A DNA stretch of 51,914 bases from Octopus bimaculoides (lineage: Eukaryota): assembly GCF_001194135.2 (NCBI RefSeq), contig NC_068997.1, forward strand, positions 48,674,022-48,725,935, given 5' to 3'. Positions within the stretch are counted from its first letter, which is position 1. Every line of letters starts with the position of its first letter. Made by a program: the position numbers and the translations under genes. Shown one piece after another: positions 1 through 14,538 of this stretch. A model generated the notes under the pieces. That model did not search any database and was not told the DNA's origin. It saw only the letters and a program-made list of their open reading frames with translations.

Positions 1-382
1 ATATATATATATATATATAGATATATATGTATGTATATGTATATGTATATATTTGTGTGTGTGCTTGTGCTTGTCTCCCTACTATCGCATGACAACCGAT
101 GGTGGTGTGTGTTTACGTTCCCGTAGCCTAGAGGCTCGGCAAAGAGACCGATAGAATAGGTACTAGGCTTACAAAAATAATAGTCTTGGGGGCGATTTGT
201 TTGACTAAAGGTGGTGCTCCAGCATGGCCGCAGTCAAATGACTGAACCAATTAAAAGAATAAAATATATGTATATATACTATTAAACCTTGGGTGAGGCA
301 TTATGCCGGTAATAAACGAAATGTGTACATATGTTAATATATATATATATGGGTGTGCATGTATTATATGTATGTACATGTA

Positions 383-450
<68 letters not shown>

Positions 451-462
451 CATATATATATA

Positions 463-779
463 TATACATTTAAAAAGAGAGATTCAACACCGGAGTTTTA
501 TATCCATTTTCTTCATTCAATGTAAGCATTTCTTGTCGAGACAAGACCTCGTGTTTAACGGAAAATGGTATAGTTTTTTAAAAATTGATTTGTTCGATCG
601 ATTCATTATGTTTTCTTTTGGTTTTTTGTTCTAATGAAAATCATTCCTGATGACGTGTGAGACGATTAATATATTTAACTTATTAATGGTTAAATATAGT
701 CTAACACAGAAATGTTTACATTGAATGAAGAAAATGGATATAAAACTCCGGTGTTGAATCTCTCTTTTTTAAATGTATA
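463..779. repeat. Foldback/MITE-like element with ~70-bp inverted termini
   Basis: 463-533 is the near-perfect reverse complement of 708-779. Confidence 0.85.
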
Positions 780-805
780 AATTTGAAACTTTGGAAATAT
801 AAACA

Positions 806-990
806 ATGAGAACGATCCTTAAGGAATCTAATCTAATCCTTTCTGCGCTCAGAGAAGGGAAAGGCTCGTTAGTGCTCTACCAACATGCTCAGGCAGAACA
901 TGGAGGCTCGATTAATAGCATAGAGGTTAAAGTAGAAAGACCGAGACTCAATAGAAAACACGAATGGAACAGTAATACCCACCAATACAC
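806..990 (+). mobile_element. Possible Penelope-like GIY-YIG C-terminal remnant
   Basis: LYQHAQAEHGG...PRLNRKHEWN resembles the H..H / LN.K.EW tail of such nucleases; short. Confidence 0.3.
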
Positions 991-2734
991 CACACCACAC
1001 TACATGTCTAAAGATAGATGGGATGAGAAGTAAGAGGGAAAAAGAAAAAAAATCGTAAATAATACACAGAAACATACAGGGTAATACTCACACAATGGAC
1101 ATATATACACTTACCTGTGATACGTCTGAGAAATAGGGATAGATGTATATAAAAATAAATAAATATAGCCTCGGGCCGACCAAAGCATTGTGAGTGGATT
1201 TGGTAGACGGATTTGGTATTTAAAGTTAATGTAATTGGCATTTAGGATGATGATCGTGCTAATGACAGTTATTAAACCAGAAACGTGTGTCCTTGACTGT
1301 CTTATCTGCGGACAATAATCATATCCTTCTTATAATGGCATCTTAACTTTGGAGATTTATTGATTCTGGGGATTATTTTCTTATCTCAATTTGAGATACT
1401 CTTAAATGCTATTTGATAATTAAGACACGTCCTCCAGAAACAGAGCTAATTTTAATAAATCAAAAAATTACGTTGTGTTGCATTTGATAGACCTGTGTAC
1501 ATACATACATGCATGCATGCATATATACATACATACACATATTCATGCACACATGCATGCATACATACATACATACATACATGCATACATACATGCATCC
1601 GTATGTATATACATTCATACATACATGCATGCATACATACATGCATACATAAATACATACATACATGCATTCATATATACATGCATACATACATGCATAC
1701 ATACATGCATATATGTATATATATATACATGCATGCGTGTATACATACATACACGTTTATATGTACCCCACCCTGGTCTCTCTCCGTTACGATGACGTGT
1801 GTTACACGGGATCTCGTGGAACAGTCTGCTGGTGAAAGTCACGTGCAAGGGGCTGAGCGCTTCACAGACACGCCTAAACTTAACGTATTTCTCAGGGAGA
1901 TTCAGCGTGACATATAATGTTGCAAGCATGGCCCTTTTTGAATAACAATTACAACTCGTTTTTACCAGCTGAATGGACAGGAGTAAAGAAAAATAAAGTG
2001 TGTTACTGAAGGACACAACGTCTCACCACTAAGCTACGTGTTCTGCATGAATTTTGTTTTCTTTCTGAAGTCATATTTGTCAATGATCTGCTAGCTTAGG
2101 TCATCCGACACAGTCTAGTAATTCGTTACTCAAGAAAATCTAGACGTCACTCAATTTTTTGCGTACCTCGCCTTGCAGAATACGTTTTAATGTAGCTACA
2201 TGCTATTAGACGTTGTCCGCCTGGATGTCAAACTGGGAAATTTATAGCATTCAAATGTATTCGAAAGACGAGTTGGTAGTAGGTCCAACACTTTTGTTCC
2301 CGGGTCAGCTCAAGCAGTGTTGAAACAGATCTAAACAACAGATTTGTTCTGCCTGTATATTGGCGACTCGTCTTTCATATTAAAATATATTATAACAAGA
2401 ATTTTAAATAGAAATAGTTTAGCTAAACACGGTGGGATGTGTTCTTCAATGCCCTTCAAACAGGAATTTTTTGAAGACTTCATGTAGCTTGTGAAGTTAT
2501 AAATATATACATACATACATACATACATAATACATACATACATATATACATACACAGACATGCATACATACATACATACATACATACATACATACATACA
2601 TACATGCATAATACATAAAAAAATATCCTGTTGTTGATGTCGAAATTCCAGTGAAGGAGCCTTGGATCTAGGTTAGAAACCGGCTCTTTCTCTAATAGCA
2701 AGAAATCTTGAAATAAAAGTAAATAATGACATGA

Positions 2735-3300
2735 ATACAGACATTTTCAGCTAACATAGGAATGGAATTTGACCAGAAGAAATGTTTTTATTTAATTGTT
2801 GAACGGGGAAAATCAGTCTCTCAAACACAAAACCTGTGCTTCACTATCTCTCCTATTCCACACAAAGTATGCTACAAGTACCGTAGCATTGATGAAAATA
2901 TATCTTACCCAGATTTTGTGAATAAAGATAGAGTCACCCTAGAATATTACACCAGACTAAGTAAAATATGATAGTCTGAACTCTCCTCTTACAACACGAC
3001 AGTATCTCAAAATGCGGTGAAGGTGCTGGTTCCAACATTTGGGATACTTGCTTGTCTGTAGAAGAAATCCACTTCATAAACATTAAATCCCCCAAGATTC
3101 TAACACCAATTGGCAATCTCTACAAAAATAGTAATATCGACCGGCTCTACCTAAGAGGAGATAAAAGAGGTAAGGGGCTTGAGATCAGTGCAGACAACCT
3201 TCGAATGTCGCATAGTCTCTCTCAGACGTTACAACAACAGCAGCGAAAATGAATACATTAATTTAGTGTTGAAAAGTGAAGAAAACGATATCCTGCGTAT
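2735..3300 (+). mobile_element. Decayed RLE-type (R4/Dong-like) LINE, RT C-terminal part
   Basis: FSxxIGMEF..KC, VNKDRV..EYY.RL.KI, VLVPTFGIL, IDRLYL..RGKGL in broken frames. Confidence 0.78.
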
Positions 3301-4094
3301 ATACATACACACACACGACTGGCGTTCACACAGTTTCCGTCCACCAAATTCGCTCGCAAGGTGTTGGACCGCAAGGTGTTGGACTGCAAGGTGTTGGGTT
3401 ACTGTGGAAGACACGATAGAAAACGCTGCGCAGTGAGACTGAAACCAAAAGCTTGCGGTCTCAGAGCCAGTTATTTAACCACATAACCAAGCCCGCGCTC
3501 TTGTAGATTTTTTTTTCTATAATACATTTAGTACTTATTATTCCTCTATTATTTGTGGACAAAGTTCTTTCCACTCCGTTCATATAAACTATGTATGTAG
3601 CTCTTCATTTTTACCGCATAAAATTTTTCTGACACATTCCTTTATTTCTTATTTAAGATTCTTTTGTACCTTGAGGAGAAAACCTCAGTAGACATTTCCA
3701 ACTCATGCTCTTTGTATTTGATTTGTATCTTTTAATGTACATTATTCTTATTCAAACAACCGAGGCATTGAAATAGAAGGTCGCCTCTTTTCATTTTAAG
3801 TAAAGTAATTGAAGCCAAGCATTATTAATCTGTGTTAATATTCTTTTTTGTCTCTTCGCTATCTCTATCGGCTTCACATATACGATCAACTAAGCCATTA
3901 TATCAAAATGTCCTATGGTTGTATTCCGCATGATTACCGTATAGTTATGTTAATTTCCCTATTCAGTATTTTAACTTACCTAATTAGTATATAATTTTTC
4001 AAAAGAACTATATCCTCTCAAAATAATGACTACGAGGTAATAGGTGCTTGAGACTAACATACACCGGAAAATATAATGGACGAAAACGAGAAGG

Positions 4095-4827
4095 CAAAAT
4101 ATCCTCTGGGACTGACTTCCAGACAGAAAGAGAAAAGGTTGATAGATATGGAGACCTGAGAATTGAGATCACCAAGGTGTGGCAGTTCCGAAAGTCAACC
4201 ATAAAGGTTGTCCCTGTTGTCATCGGAGCATTGGTTTCAATACCACCCAACCTGAAGAAACGTCTGAAGACTTTAGAGTTACCATACAATCTTGGTGAAT
4301 TACGAAAATCGGCTTTACTTGGAACTGCATGCATATTACGTAAAGTACTGTCTGTCTGATGTGCTTGTTGTGACTTGACAGATAGTACAAACCCCTGATA
4401 GTCACAATAGCTTAACTCTACGACATCACGATATTGGATACTGTGCGACGTCTTCAGTAATTATAGTAAAAATGATGAAAAGCTAAATTGCTTACTAATT
4501 GATCCATTTGTCCGTTTGTTTCCAGAATTTTAAAGGCTGAAGACAAAAATTTAAAAGCATATAATCTCTCTAAATTTGATATTGAATGAATTCAGTGTAT
4601 GAAAACTGTGCATTAGGAACTGCGAATAATGATATAGACAAATGGTTAAAGGAGACTGGAACAGAATTGTCCTTCCAGAAAATGTTTGCCTCTTAGGGCC
4701 AGGAAAGATTATCAGAGGAGGGTTTTAAGCACTTGAAAGTCTATTGAAAGCTTATAGATATCGAAGGTTAAGGAAGTAACTCGCAACCCACATCAATTCT
4801 ACCAGAAATAAGAACAAACCTAAGTCA

Positions 4828-4862
<35 letters not shown>
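4095..4862 (+). mobile_element. Two 3' ends of RLE-type LINEs (~4095-4440 and ~4620-4862 with (AAT)n tail)
   Basis: EKVDRYGDLRIEI...VVPVVIGAL...KSALLGTACILRKVL is a typical RLE C-terminus. Confidence 0.72.
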
Positions 4863-4864
<2 letters not shown>

Positions 4865-5143
4865 GCCCGGATGCAGTTCCAGGCAGTGGCTCTCATGGCT
4901 TCTGATCTTAATTGATTGGAAGTGGTATCATGTACATTGTTTTGTCTTGGTATAAAAGATGGGCTACAGCAAATATTCTGCTCAATACCACAGATTTGCT
5001 TGTCAGTTGTTTGACCTTAACCAGTTGAGCATATCCCTTGGTAGCTGACGATATGTGCATCTCTGATCATGAGCAAAAGTAGTGAGGGAGCATTATAGCC
5101 ATGTGTTGAGAGGAATTCTTTGGGGTTTGAATAATTCACCTTT
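4863..5143 (+). repeat. Unclassified interspersed repeat (other copies ~22195-22495 minus and ~23625-23820 plus)
   Basis: Shared atgtgcatctctgatc..gagca...gtagtg.gggagcat.atag.catgtgttgagagg. Confidence 0.8.
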
Positions 5144-5507
5144 NNNNNNNNNNNNNNNNNNNNNNNNNNNNNNNNNNNNNNNNNNNNNNNNNNNNNNNNN
5201 NNNNNNNNNNNNNNNNNNNNNNNNNNNNNNNNNNNNNNNNNNNNNNNNNNNNNNNNNNNNNNNNNNNNNNNNNNNNNNNNNNNNNNNNNNNNNNNNNNNN
5301 NNNNNNNNNNNNNNNNNNNNNNNNNNNNNNNNNNNNNNNNNNNNNNCATGCACTGTTTATCTTGATATGAGATCACCATGTCGCACACATATGGTTGTGA
5401 TGCATGTGCCTGGTGTACCCTTATCAGACGGGTAGTCATGATGGGTATACTGGGCTTCGTATATTTTACCCCAGTGTTACTTTGATGGCATGTACTGCTC
5501 TCTCACT

Positions 5508-5524
5508 CAATAATAATAATAATG

Positions 5525-5600
<76 letters not shown>
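5508..5600. repeat. (AAT)n microsatellite, one of many (TA)n, (CATA)n, (GT)n, (CT)n, (CTAT)n and (TAT)n tracts in the window
   Basis: Directly visible. Confidence 0.95.
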
Positions 5601-5601
<1 letters not shown>

Positions 5602-6796
5602 TTATTTTATTCACGAAAAATATAAATCGTATATGCAAATGTTTTAAAAAGTTGTGAAAAAATTATTTAACAGAGAAAAATAGTAAATACATTGTATTAT
5701 AAAAACTTTTAAAACTGTAAACCACCGCGAAATGAAGGTATATATACATAGAAACATATATAAATATATAGAAACATACCTACATATATATATATGTATA
5801 TATATATATATACGTATATACTCCTTTCTATTTACATATATATATGAGCACATACACACGTACACACACGCGCGAGCACACACACATATATATATACAAT
5901 ATACATTATATACAACTATAAACGGAATAATTAAAATACATATTAAGGGAGCCTAACGCGGGTGACGAGCTACCGCTTCGTTTCCCTTCAAACTAGGATT
6001 TGATGCAACCAAGATTACCAGCGAGCACTTTTTTTTGCATTGACCGGAACAAGTTTACTAGTGTGTTAACGAGTTTTTTTTTTTTTTTTTTTTCACAAAT
6101 AGTTTGTCACCCGAATGTATTTTGAACCCTTCTGTCCTTTTTCCCGTCCCGCCAATTTGCACTAGTCTTCATTATTTTATTTCAGTTATCCATCATTTAC
6201 ATCAACAAATCATCGATGCTTCACCACCACCGTGAAATTCCTGTCCCGGGAAATGACACCCTCTCCTTTTCAAATACCCTATTTGCTTTCTCTGGGGATA
6301 GACATTTAATGTTTCGTGGCACGTTTTGTTAGCTTTTTGCCCTGTCCTCGACAAAAAAGCTTCGCTGCTATTTCTTGAAGATCAGGGGACCACGTAAAGA
6401 CACCCCCGTTGACTCGCTATTGCTGATGGTGTTTGATGGTGATAGTAGTGGTAGTGGTGATGGTGTTGGTGGTGGTGATGGTGTTAGTGGACGTGGTGGT
6501 GATGGTGCTGTTGGTGATGGTGGAGGCAGCGTGGTAATGTTCTTTGTTTAGCAAGGAAAAACCTTAAGCGACAAACGTCTTTAAACCTTGACTGCTCTTA
6601 CATATTAGGTCTGTTTAAGACTACTTCTACATTTTTGAGACGGTAGAATGCAATGAAAGTGTTAGGAATTTGACAACTCTTTCTTGCAGAAGGCACAAAC
6701 ATGTTGAAGCTCTCTCCGGTGTTGATGAAGATAGTTGGTGATGAAAGCTCTGGTTGGTTAATTCATCCGAAACGATGAATATAAGTATCACAGTAA

Positions 6797-6874
6797 TTAG
6801 TTCATTTTATTTGGAACAAGAGGTATGTTGCTACACGTCTGCATCTGTGCTTTCCGGACCCGTACAGATTTTCT
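6797..6874 (-). CDS. Probable terminal coding exon ([25 protein letters not shown])
   Basis: Acceptor after ~30 nt of pyrimidines (ttttcttctttttctttag|AGA); phase 0 matches the preceding exon; TAA at 6797-6799. Confidence 0.58.
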   Translation of the reverse strand, partial: RKSVRVRKAQMQTCSNIPLVPNKMN

Positions 6875-9055
6875 CTAAAGAAAAAGAAGAAAAAAAACAA
6901 AGAAAATTTAATAAAACCAGTAATGGCTCCTAATTTAGGCACAAAAACAACAATTCTGAAGCGGGGGTCAGTCAGTCGATACCTTTGAAGGAAGGGAGTT
7001 AGTTGCATGTTTGTCGCCCATACTTAAGGGATAAATCACTGATTAAATCGGGTTAGAGTATCCCCAAACCTCTACCACTCGCTGTTTTTGTACTGGAGTC
7101 CCGTGCATCAAAAGGTAAGTAATAAAGCTACTGGTGATGACATGTCAGCGTGGACCTAAAATGCACGAAGTGGGTAGGACGTGAGTGGAGTTGAGGGACA
7201 GTTCGGAGCATCAAAATAATAATGATGAAGCTATAAGCTTGGGAACAAGAGATGCAGGGATGCGGTAGGGGGTGGGAGGTGAACGTGTACAGGCGTACCC
7301 CCTGAAGTTTTTAGAGAACAATATAACTGCTTCGTGCATCCTCCTGAAAAACTTAATCACTAAAACAAACAAGAGTTGACTGATTCGAAACAATATTATT
7401 GGACTTATCAGATTCGATTCATGGAAAAGTGTAATAATAAAATTTCTACTATAGGCATACGGCCTGAAATTTTCGGGGAGGAAATAAGTCGCTTAAATCG
7501 ACCCCAGTGTTCGACCAGTATTTATACCAGTGATATGGTACAATGCAAGAGGTATGTAGTTCCTATGGTGTAAAATAAATGTGCATACTCGAGGAGGAGA
7601 TAGAGACACTTCAATGAAATGTGGTTTGGGATATTTATTTTTCATACATACGAGGCCATTAACTCACTCGCAGACAAGCATGCAGCACAAACATGCATTA
7701 ACAGAATGATGTATAATTACAAACACAAACATCATATATATACCGTAAATCATCGAGTATAATCCGCATTTTTTTCCCCAAAATTTAAAGGTCAAAATCC
7801 CTAATGCGTACTATATACGAGGTTAAAAATAAAAAATATTTTCTAAGCAATGTCCGAGTCTCTATTTGCTGTCCGGTAATGTTTATTCAGACACATTTTG
7901 TGATGCCGGGCGCGAAAATACCTTAAGATAATACCTTAAGCTAGATTTATTTTTCACTGACGTTATTACTGTTATTTCTTTATTTTCTGCAAACAAAATG
8001 CACAAAAATGCTACACGTTTGCATTATGTTATATATACAATAATAATAAAGGACGTTACCGTATATATGTTTACAAACCAAGGACGTTATATAGACCTCC
8101 TTGACTCAAGTTAGAGAAGGGGTGCGTATTATACACAAGGTTTAGGCTTTTCAGAGGTACAGTCTCCCAAAAATCCCCTGCGTATGATACTCAAGGGTGG
8201 ACTATACTCGAGGGTTTACGGTATATATATATATATATATATAAATGTGATATACTTACACTATCTTTTCTTTTACGTGATTTGCTTTTGATAAATAAAC
8301 CTTTAAATTTGTTCATGAAAGTCTGGAAAGAAAGAAATTAAATATTTAAGGTGAAGCAAGAGCGGATTAAGAAAAACACAGACACATATCTATATAAAAG
8401 GAATAGAAAAAGTTCGAACACCGGTTATGGCATTCAAACTTCGTTTCTACGGCTAACTTGTGAAGTCAGGCCAACTACGACAGCAAAGAGACACCAGAAG
8501 TGTAAACGTTCAAAATGGTAAAGAAGACACGTGTAAAATGTTGACAGAGATCTCATTGTAAATATATGTGTGTGTGTGTGTACAAAACTTCAAAGTTTCG
8601 GCCTGCAATCGTTAGTCAGAGTGAAATTCGACGACGGGTTGTGGGCCGAAACCTCGAAGTCACTATCATCCCTGTTATTGTAAAAGTAAAATGAAAATGT
8701 GGTGTGCAAAACGTATTGTGAAATTCTTCAGTTTTAATGTTAAATTGTTAGTTTTACAACGCGATAGAAATATAAACATAAATGTGTTTGCGCATGTGTG
8801 TGTGCGCACGTATACATTGTAATAGAAAACGTGTCATTAATATTTTCTCGCTGTCATAGAAACAGAACACTTTAAGCCCCACCACCACCCACACACACAC
8901 TCTACCACCACCACCACCACCACCACCAGAATTTCGCATTCAGCTATAAAAACATAAAATTATGAAATGAATACTTACTTTTTCTAATTCAGCTGAATAA
9001 AAAAGAGAAAAGAAAAATTTTAACATAGTTTTACTTTTACATGTTTGCCTATGAA

Positions 9056-9108
<53 letters not shown>

Positions 9109-9426
9109 ATCTCTCTATCTCACTCATATAAATATATATGTATGTATGTATGTATGTATGTGTGTGTGTGTGAGTGTGTGTGTACAAATATATGTGACAG
9201 AGTCAATACCTATTGACGAGGTATCAGAAATTTAAAAAAATGTCAATGGGTGGAAATCGAACCGGTGTATGTGCTAATTAATAAGGCATTAAAGCAGAAT
9301 AAATTTCCTAAGATACAACAATATGTGTGTGTGTTTGTGTGTGTGTGAGTGTATTTACACAAACACACACATATACACATATATGCACATATACGTAAAT
9401 ATACATATGAATATATACATATATAC

Positions 9427-9457
<31 letters not shown>

Positions 9458-9474
9458 CATATATATATACATAC

Positions 9475-9511
<37 letters not shown>

Positions 9512-10498
9512 TACATATACATATGAAACAGGAAGAAACAGTGAGAGAAAGTTGGGGCGAAAGAGTACAACAGGGGTCTCCACCACCCCCTGCCGGAGCC
9601 TCGTGGAACTTAGGTGTTTTCACTCAATAAACGCTCTCAACGCCCGATCTGGGAATCGAAACCGCGGTCATCTGACCGTGAATCCGCTGCCCTAACCACT
9701 GGGCCATTGCGCTTCCACAAAATAAAAGCACCCTTTTAAAGCCTAGCCAGGCTTATGGGCCCGGTTTCCCGGTTTCAATGGCGTATGTGTTCCCCAGCTG
9801 GACGGGACACCAGTCCATCGCAGTGTTACTCCTTTTTGCCAGCTGAGTGGACTGGAGCAACGTGAAATGAAGTGTTTTGCTCAAGAACACAACGCGTCGC
9901 CCGGTCCAGGAATCGAAACCACAGTCTTACGATCATGATGCTGACACCCTAACCACTAAGCCACGCGCCTCCACTGTCTGAATTATACAGCGATGTCCTT
10001 TTCTTTTTTANNNNNNNNNNNNNNNNNNNNNNNNNNNNNNNNNNNNNNNNNNNNNNNNNNNNNNNNNNNNNNNNNNNNNNNNNNNACGTAATCAACAATA
10101 GATCAGTATATATAATTTTCAAAACAAATAAGTAAATGAAACTGAAAAAGAGAGTGAGGAAATAAAACAAAATAAATAGATAAATAAAAATTCATCGATT
10201 ATGTCACCGCTGTGTGGTAAGAAGTCTGCTTCTCAAGCATATGGGTCTAGTTTCTGTACGACCGCGTGGAAAATTGGGCAAGTGTCTGCTCCTATAGCCC
10301 CGGGTCGACCAAACACTTGTGAGTGGATTAGGTAGATGGAAACTGAAAGAAGCATCTCTGAATGTTTATATATATATATATATATATATCAGTCGCCATG
10401 ATTAACCGCTAAATTCACTAGCTTTTTTTAAAATTTTCCCTCTGTTTATTCCCTCGTGTTCCTCTGTGTTACATCTCTCTACCTCTACCCATCCAGCA

Positions 10499-10532
<34 letters not shown>

Positions 10533-11246
10533 ACATCCATCCATCCACGTATTTATATATGTATGTCTAAAAAGTAATGTTCGCTACTACTTGAATATGG
10601 CTGGTCCATATGGAACGACGTTACAATTATCTTTTAACCGTAAAAGAACCTCTTTTCCGGCTGGTTAACGACAATCAGTGTGTCCGATATTTTGCAATAT
10701 ATCCAACTGCAGAAGATGTTCTCCTGGGGTTAAAGAATAGTAGTAACGTCGTTCCATACGTGACAGCCATGTTGAAGTGGCAACAAACATTACTTTTCAG
10801 TAGAGTTAATACTTTCATCTCTTATAGTGATTTTAGAACTAGCTACTTTGTTTATGTATGTGTATGGATTTTGCTTTGTATTTAGTTTGCAAATGTGTTG
10901 AAACGAATTTTGTTATAATTGGGAAAGTCATCATGCCAATCGATGGTAATGAAAACGCACGTTGGTTCAATTTCACATCTTTATTTTCCTTCCGTTGGTT
11001 AGTTATTTAATCAACTAAGTAATCGCTTGCTTGTTGTAGTAGAAAGTATGTCATTGACAATGTCGTGAATAGCGAGGAAAGGACTTGGACAAAATCTGGT
11101 TCATTGATGAACCGACTGATTAAGCATTCGATAAGTTAGTTGGTTGACAAATAATAAAGAATAATAAACAAGTGAAAATGAATCAGCGTGTGTGTTTATT
11201 ATTTGCCTAATGACCCTCACAAGAATCAATACATACACATACATGC

Positions 11247-11283
<37 letters not shown>

Positions 11284-13290
11284 TGTGTGTGTGAGTGTGT
11301 GTGTGTGTATGAGTGTCTTGTTTGTGTTGTGTATCTTCTCTACTACTTCTTCATAACCGGTATTTGTTTGTTTACGTTTAGGAAACAGCAGTTCGGCAAG
11401 AGACCGAGAAAGTAAGTAGCGAACTTTAAAGATGACATATGTACTTGGTTTGATTTGTTAGACTAAAGCCCTACAAGGCATTACTCCAGTGCAGCCACAG
11501 CGCGATAACTTAAACAAGTAAATAGTACATATCATTCACACACTTTTTCCACAATGATGTTTTGTTCTTCACTTTCATACATTGAAGTTCAATATGACTG
11601 TAACGTCCACAATATAGTTACTACCTTACAAACTAATAACGACAAGTAGGAACATAAATATTTTGGTATCATTAGAATGGAGGAATCAGAAACAGCTCAG
11701 TGGAGGCGAAGTTTTGGGGGTTTTTCTCTCTCGTCACTACCGCAATATTAACAGCCCACAACACCTCAATCACATCATTAAGCAGCTATCATCCTTCGAC
11801 TACCTTGGAATTTTGATCACAGAAGACGCAAAATATGTGAAGGAGATAAAAAGACGAATAGTACTGGCAAAGTCTGCGTTCTCAGAATTGTATAACATCT
11901 TGAGAAACAGTACTCTGAGCATCAAGATCAACATCTGTATATTGAACTGCTATGTCTACCTTGTGTTAATGTATGGAAGTGAAGTATGTTTTAGGGCATC
12001 AGAATTGAGAAGGCGTTTGTAAAAATGGTTCTTAAAGAGACTATTGACGGTAGCATGGACAGATAATTTATCTGATGAAAAAGTGATGATCCTGGCTGCG
12101 GTAAGTAAGAAACTGCTATGTAAGATAATAGCCAAGTACTGAGATTTCTAGCTTGTGTGATGAGGAAAGAGGGTCTGGAGAATTTAGTGACGGTCGGACA
12201 GATTGAAGGGAAAAGAAGCAGAGGTAGGAGGAGGCTGCTATGTAAAGTTTGATGAATTGGTTCGAAGAAGGAGGTGTTAAGTATCAGAAAGTGGAACTGT
12301 TACAGAAACAAAGAATAGAGAATTGTGGCAGGACATGATTGCCTATGTCCTATATTCTGGACAAGTCACATACAAGAAAGATAACACTAATATACACTCT
12401 AAACTAAGATAAAATGTTAAAAATAACACTTACTGATGATCTGCGTCGCGATGCACTTGCTAAAACGAATATAAAGAACAGCATATCAAATATATATAGT
12501 TACATACAAACAAGTTTTAAGATCACATCAAATATGTTTAGCAAATATTTCGCTTCTAAAGAGGCAATTTTCAATGCAGTTTGCCGCGAAGAAAAATTTT
12601 CGATTTATGTAAAAGGTATTAAAACATTAATAGTAATTTCATAGTTCCATATATTGACAGGACAATGCATTTCAGAGTGACCCATGTGACCCGAACAATG
12701 CATTTCAAGCTTTATAGTTATCGCCATTACCGGATACCAAGAGAGACATAACTTTCCAAGTCATAACTTCCTTAGAGACAAGTAGTAGAAATTATTCACT
12801 GACTTCGTGCGACGCTGCCAGTTTTGAACAGATCCTATAGTAGGCAACCGAAGCAATGTTGTGAAATAAACAAATATTTAGAACGGTGCAAATGTGTTTG
12901 GGACTTGTTATGCTTCTATATATTTTTATTATTTGCGTACTTTGTTGATTCTGTCCACGACATAGACACGCATACACATGTACAAGATGACATGTAACAA
13001 CACATGTCATCTTCGATTACGGTCACATTGAAACGGATATATCATAGGTTGCCTGAAGCAAGTTATACAGGCTTTTGTTTTTGCGTGGTTTAAAAAGGTT
13101 AGTGGTTTTGTAATATATACATTACATGATAATTTGTAGTTACACAAACGTAAGACACTAGATAATTGGTTTAATATGCATTTATAGCCAGAAGCCATTA
13201 CATCGACTATTATACTTAACACGAAACAAACTGCATAGAAAAACATTTGAAAAACACGTTGATTACAGATTGAATACCTTTACACACACG

Positions 13291-13331
<41 letters not shown>

Positions 13332-14503
13332 GTATATATATATATTAACGTCTATTCTTCAACCGTTGCTCAGATTCCTTCCAGGCGTTTCTTGAACTTC
13401 AGTTCTGANNNNNNNNNNNNNNNNNNNNNNNNNNNNNNNNNNNNNNNNNNNNNNNNNNNNNNNNNNNNNNNNNNNNNNNNNNNNNNNNNNNNNNNNNNNN
13501 NNNNNNNNNNNNNNNNNNNNNNNNNNNNNNNNNNNNNNNNNNNNNNNNNNNNNNNNNNNNNNNNNNNNNNNNNNNNNNNNNNNNNNNNNNNNNNNNNNNN
13601 NNNNNNNNNNNNNNNNNNNNNNNNNNNNNNNNNNNNNNNNNNNNNNNNNNNNNNNNNNNNNNNNNNNNNNNNNNNNNNNNNNNNNNNNNNNNNNNNNNNN
13701 NNNNNNNNNNNNNNNNNNNNNNNNNNNNNNNNNNNNNNNNNNNNNNNNNNNNNNNNNNNNNNNNNNNNNNNNNNNNNNNNNNNNNNNNNNNNNNNNNNNN
13801 NNNNNNNNNNNNNNNNNNNNNNNNNNATATATATATATATATAATTACTAAATGAATAAATATTAGAAAATATTTATATAGATATTATTCTTAATTATTA
13901 TTTTTAGTAAAATGAATAATAAACAATAATAATACAGGTGGCAAACAAGCAAATGACGATAAATGGCAAATTCAAAATTTTATAATTAATATATGATTAT
14001 AATAGGGCACACATGGTGCCAGCATTGTTGTAAAAACCAGTGTCGAAAAATTACCTAAGAAACCCACGAACTACTGGAAAAATTAGAAGCACAACAGAAA
14101 TCAAAGCCCGAGCAAAGGAATTAACTAGCATCTCGATAGAGAGTCGTAGAATGAGGAAATAGATATTCCTGGATCAATTGATTTCGAAGTTTGAGAGTTT
14201 GCCTCCCTTAATTCTCATCAGCAGGTGTCAATATATACCTAAGTCTCGCTATTTACCTAGGGTTATATATATATATATATATATATATGCACATATATTC
14301 TTTTATTCTTAATTGTTGCAGTTATTTGACTGTGGCCGTCCCGGAGCACTGCCTTTAGTCGAACGAATCGACCTCAGGACTTATTCTTTGTAAGCCTAGC
14401 ACTTATTCTATCGCTCCCTTTTGTCGAACCACTAAGTTACGGGACGTAGACACACCGACATCACTTGTCAAGCGATGGTGAGGGGATAAACACAGACACA
14501 CAA

Positions 14504-14538
<35 letters not shown>

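Noticed and set aside
2640-2700. GTGAAGGAGCCT...AGGTTAGAAAC hammerhead-like stem
   Set aside because: Core positions deviate from CUGANGA and no stems I/III were found.
3356-3400. Three 15-bp direct repeats (GCAAGGTGTTGGAC), superficially CRISPR-like
   Set aside because: No spacers; a local triplication inside a decayed family C SINE. No cas genes and the DNA is eukaryotic.
6420-6540. Pro- or His/Thr-rich reading frames on the minus strand (PPPSPTAPSPPRP...)
   Set aside because: (CAC/CAT)n low complexity downstream of the predicted stop, bounded by stops, with no good acceptor; treated as 3' UTR.
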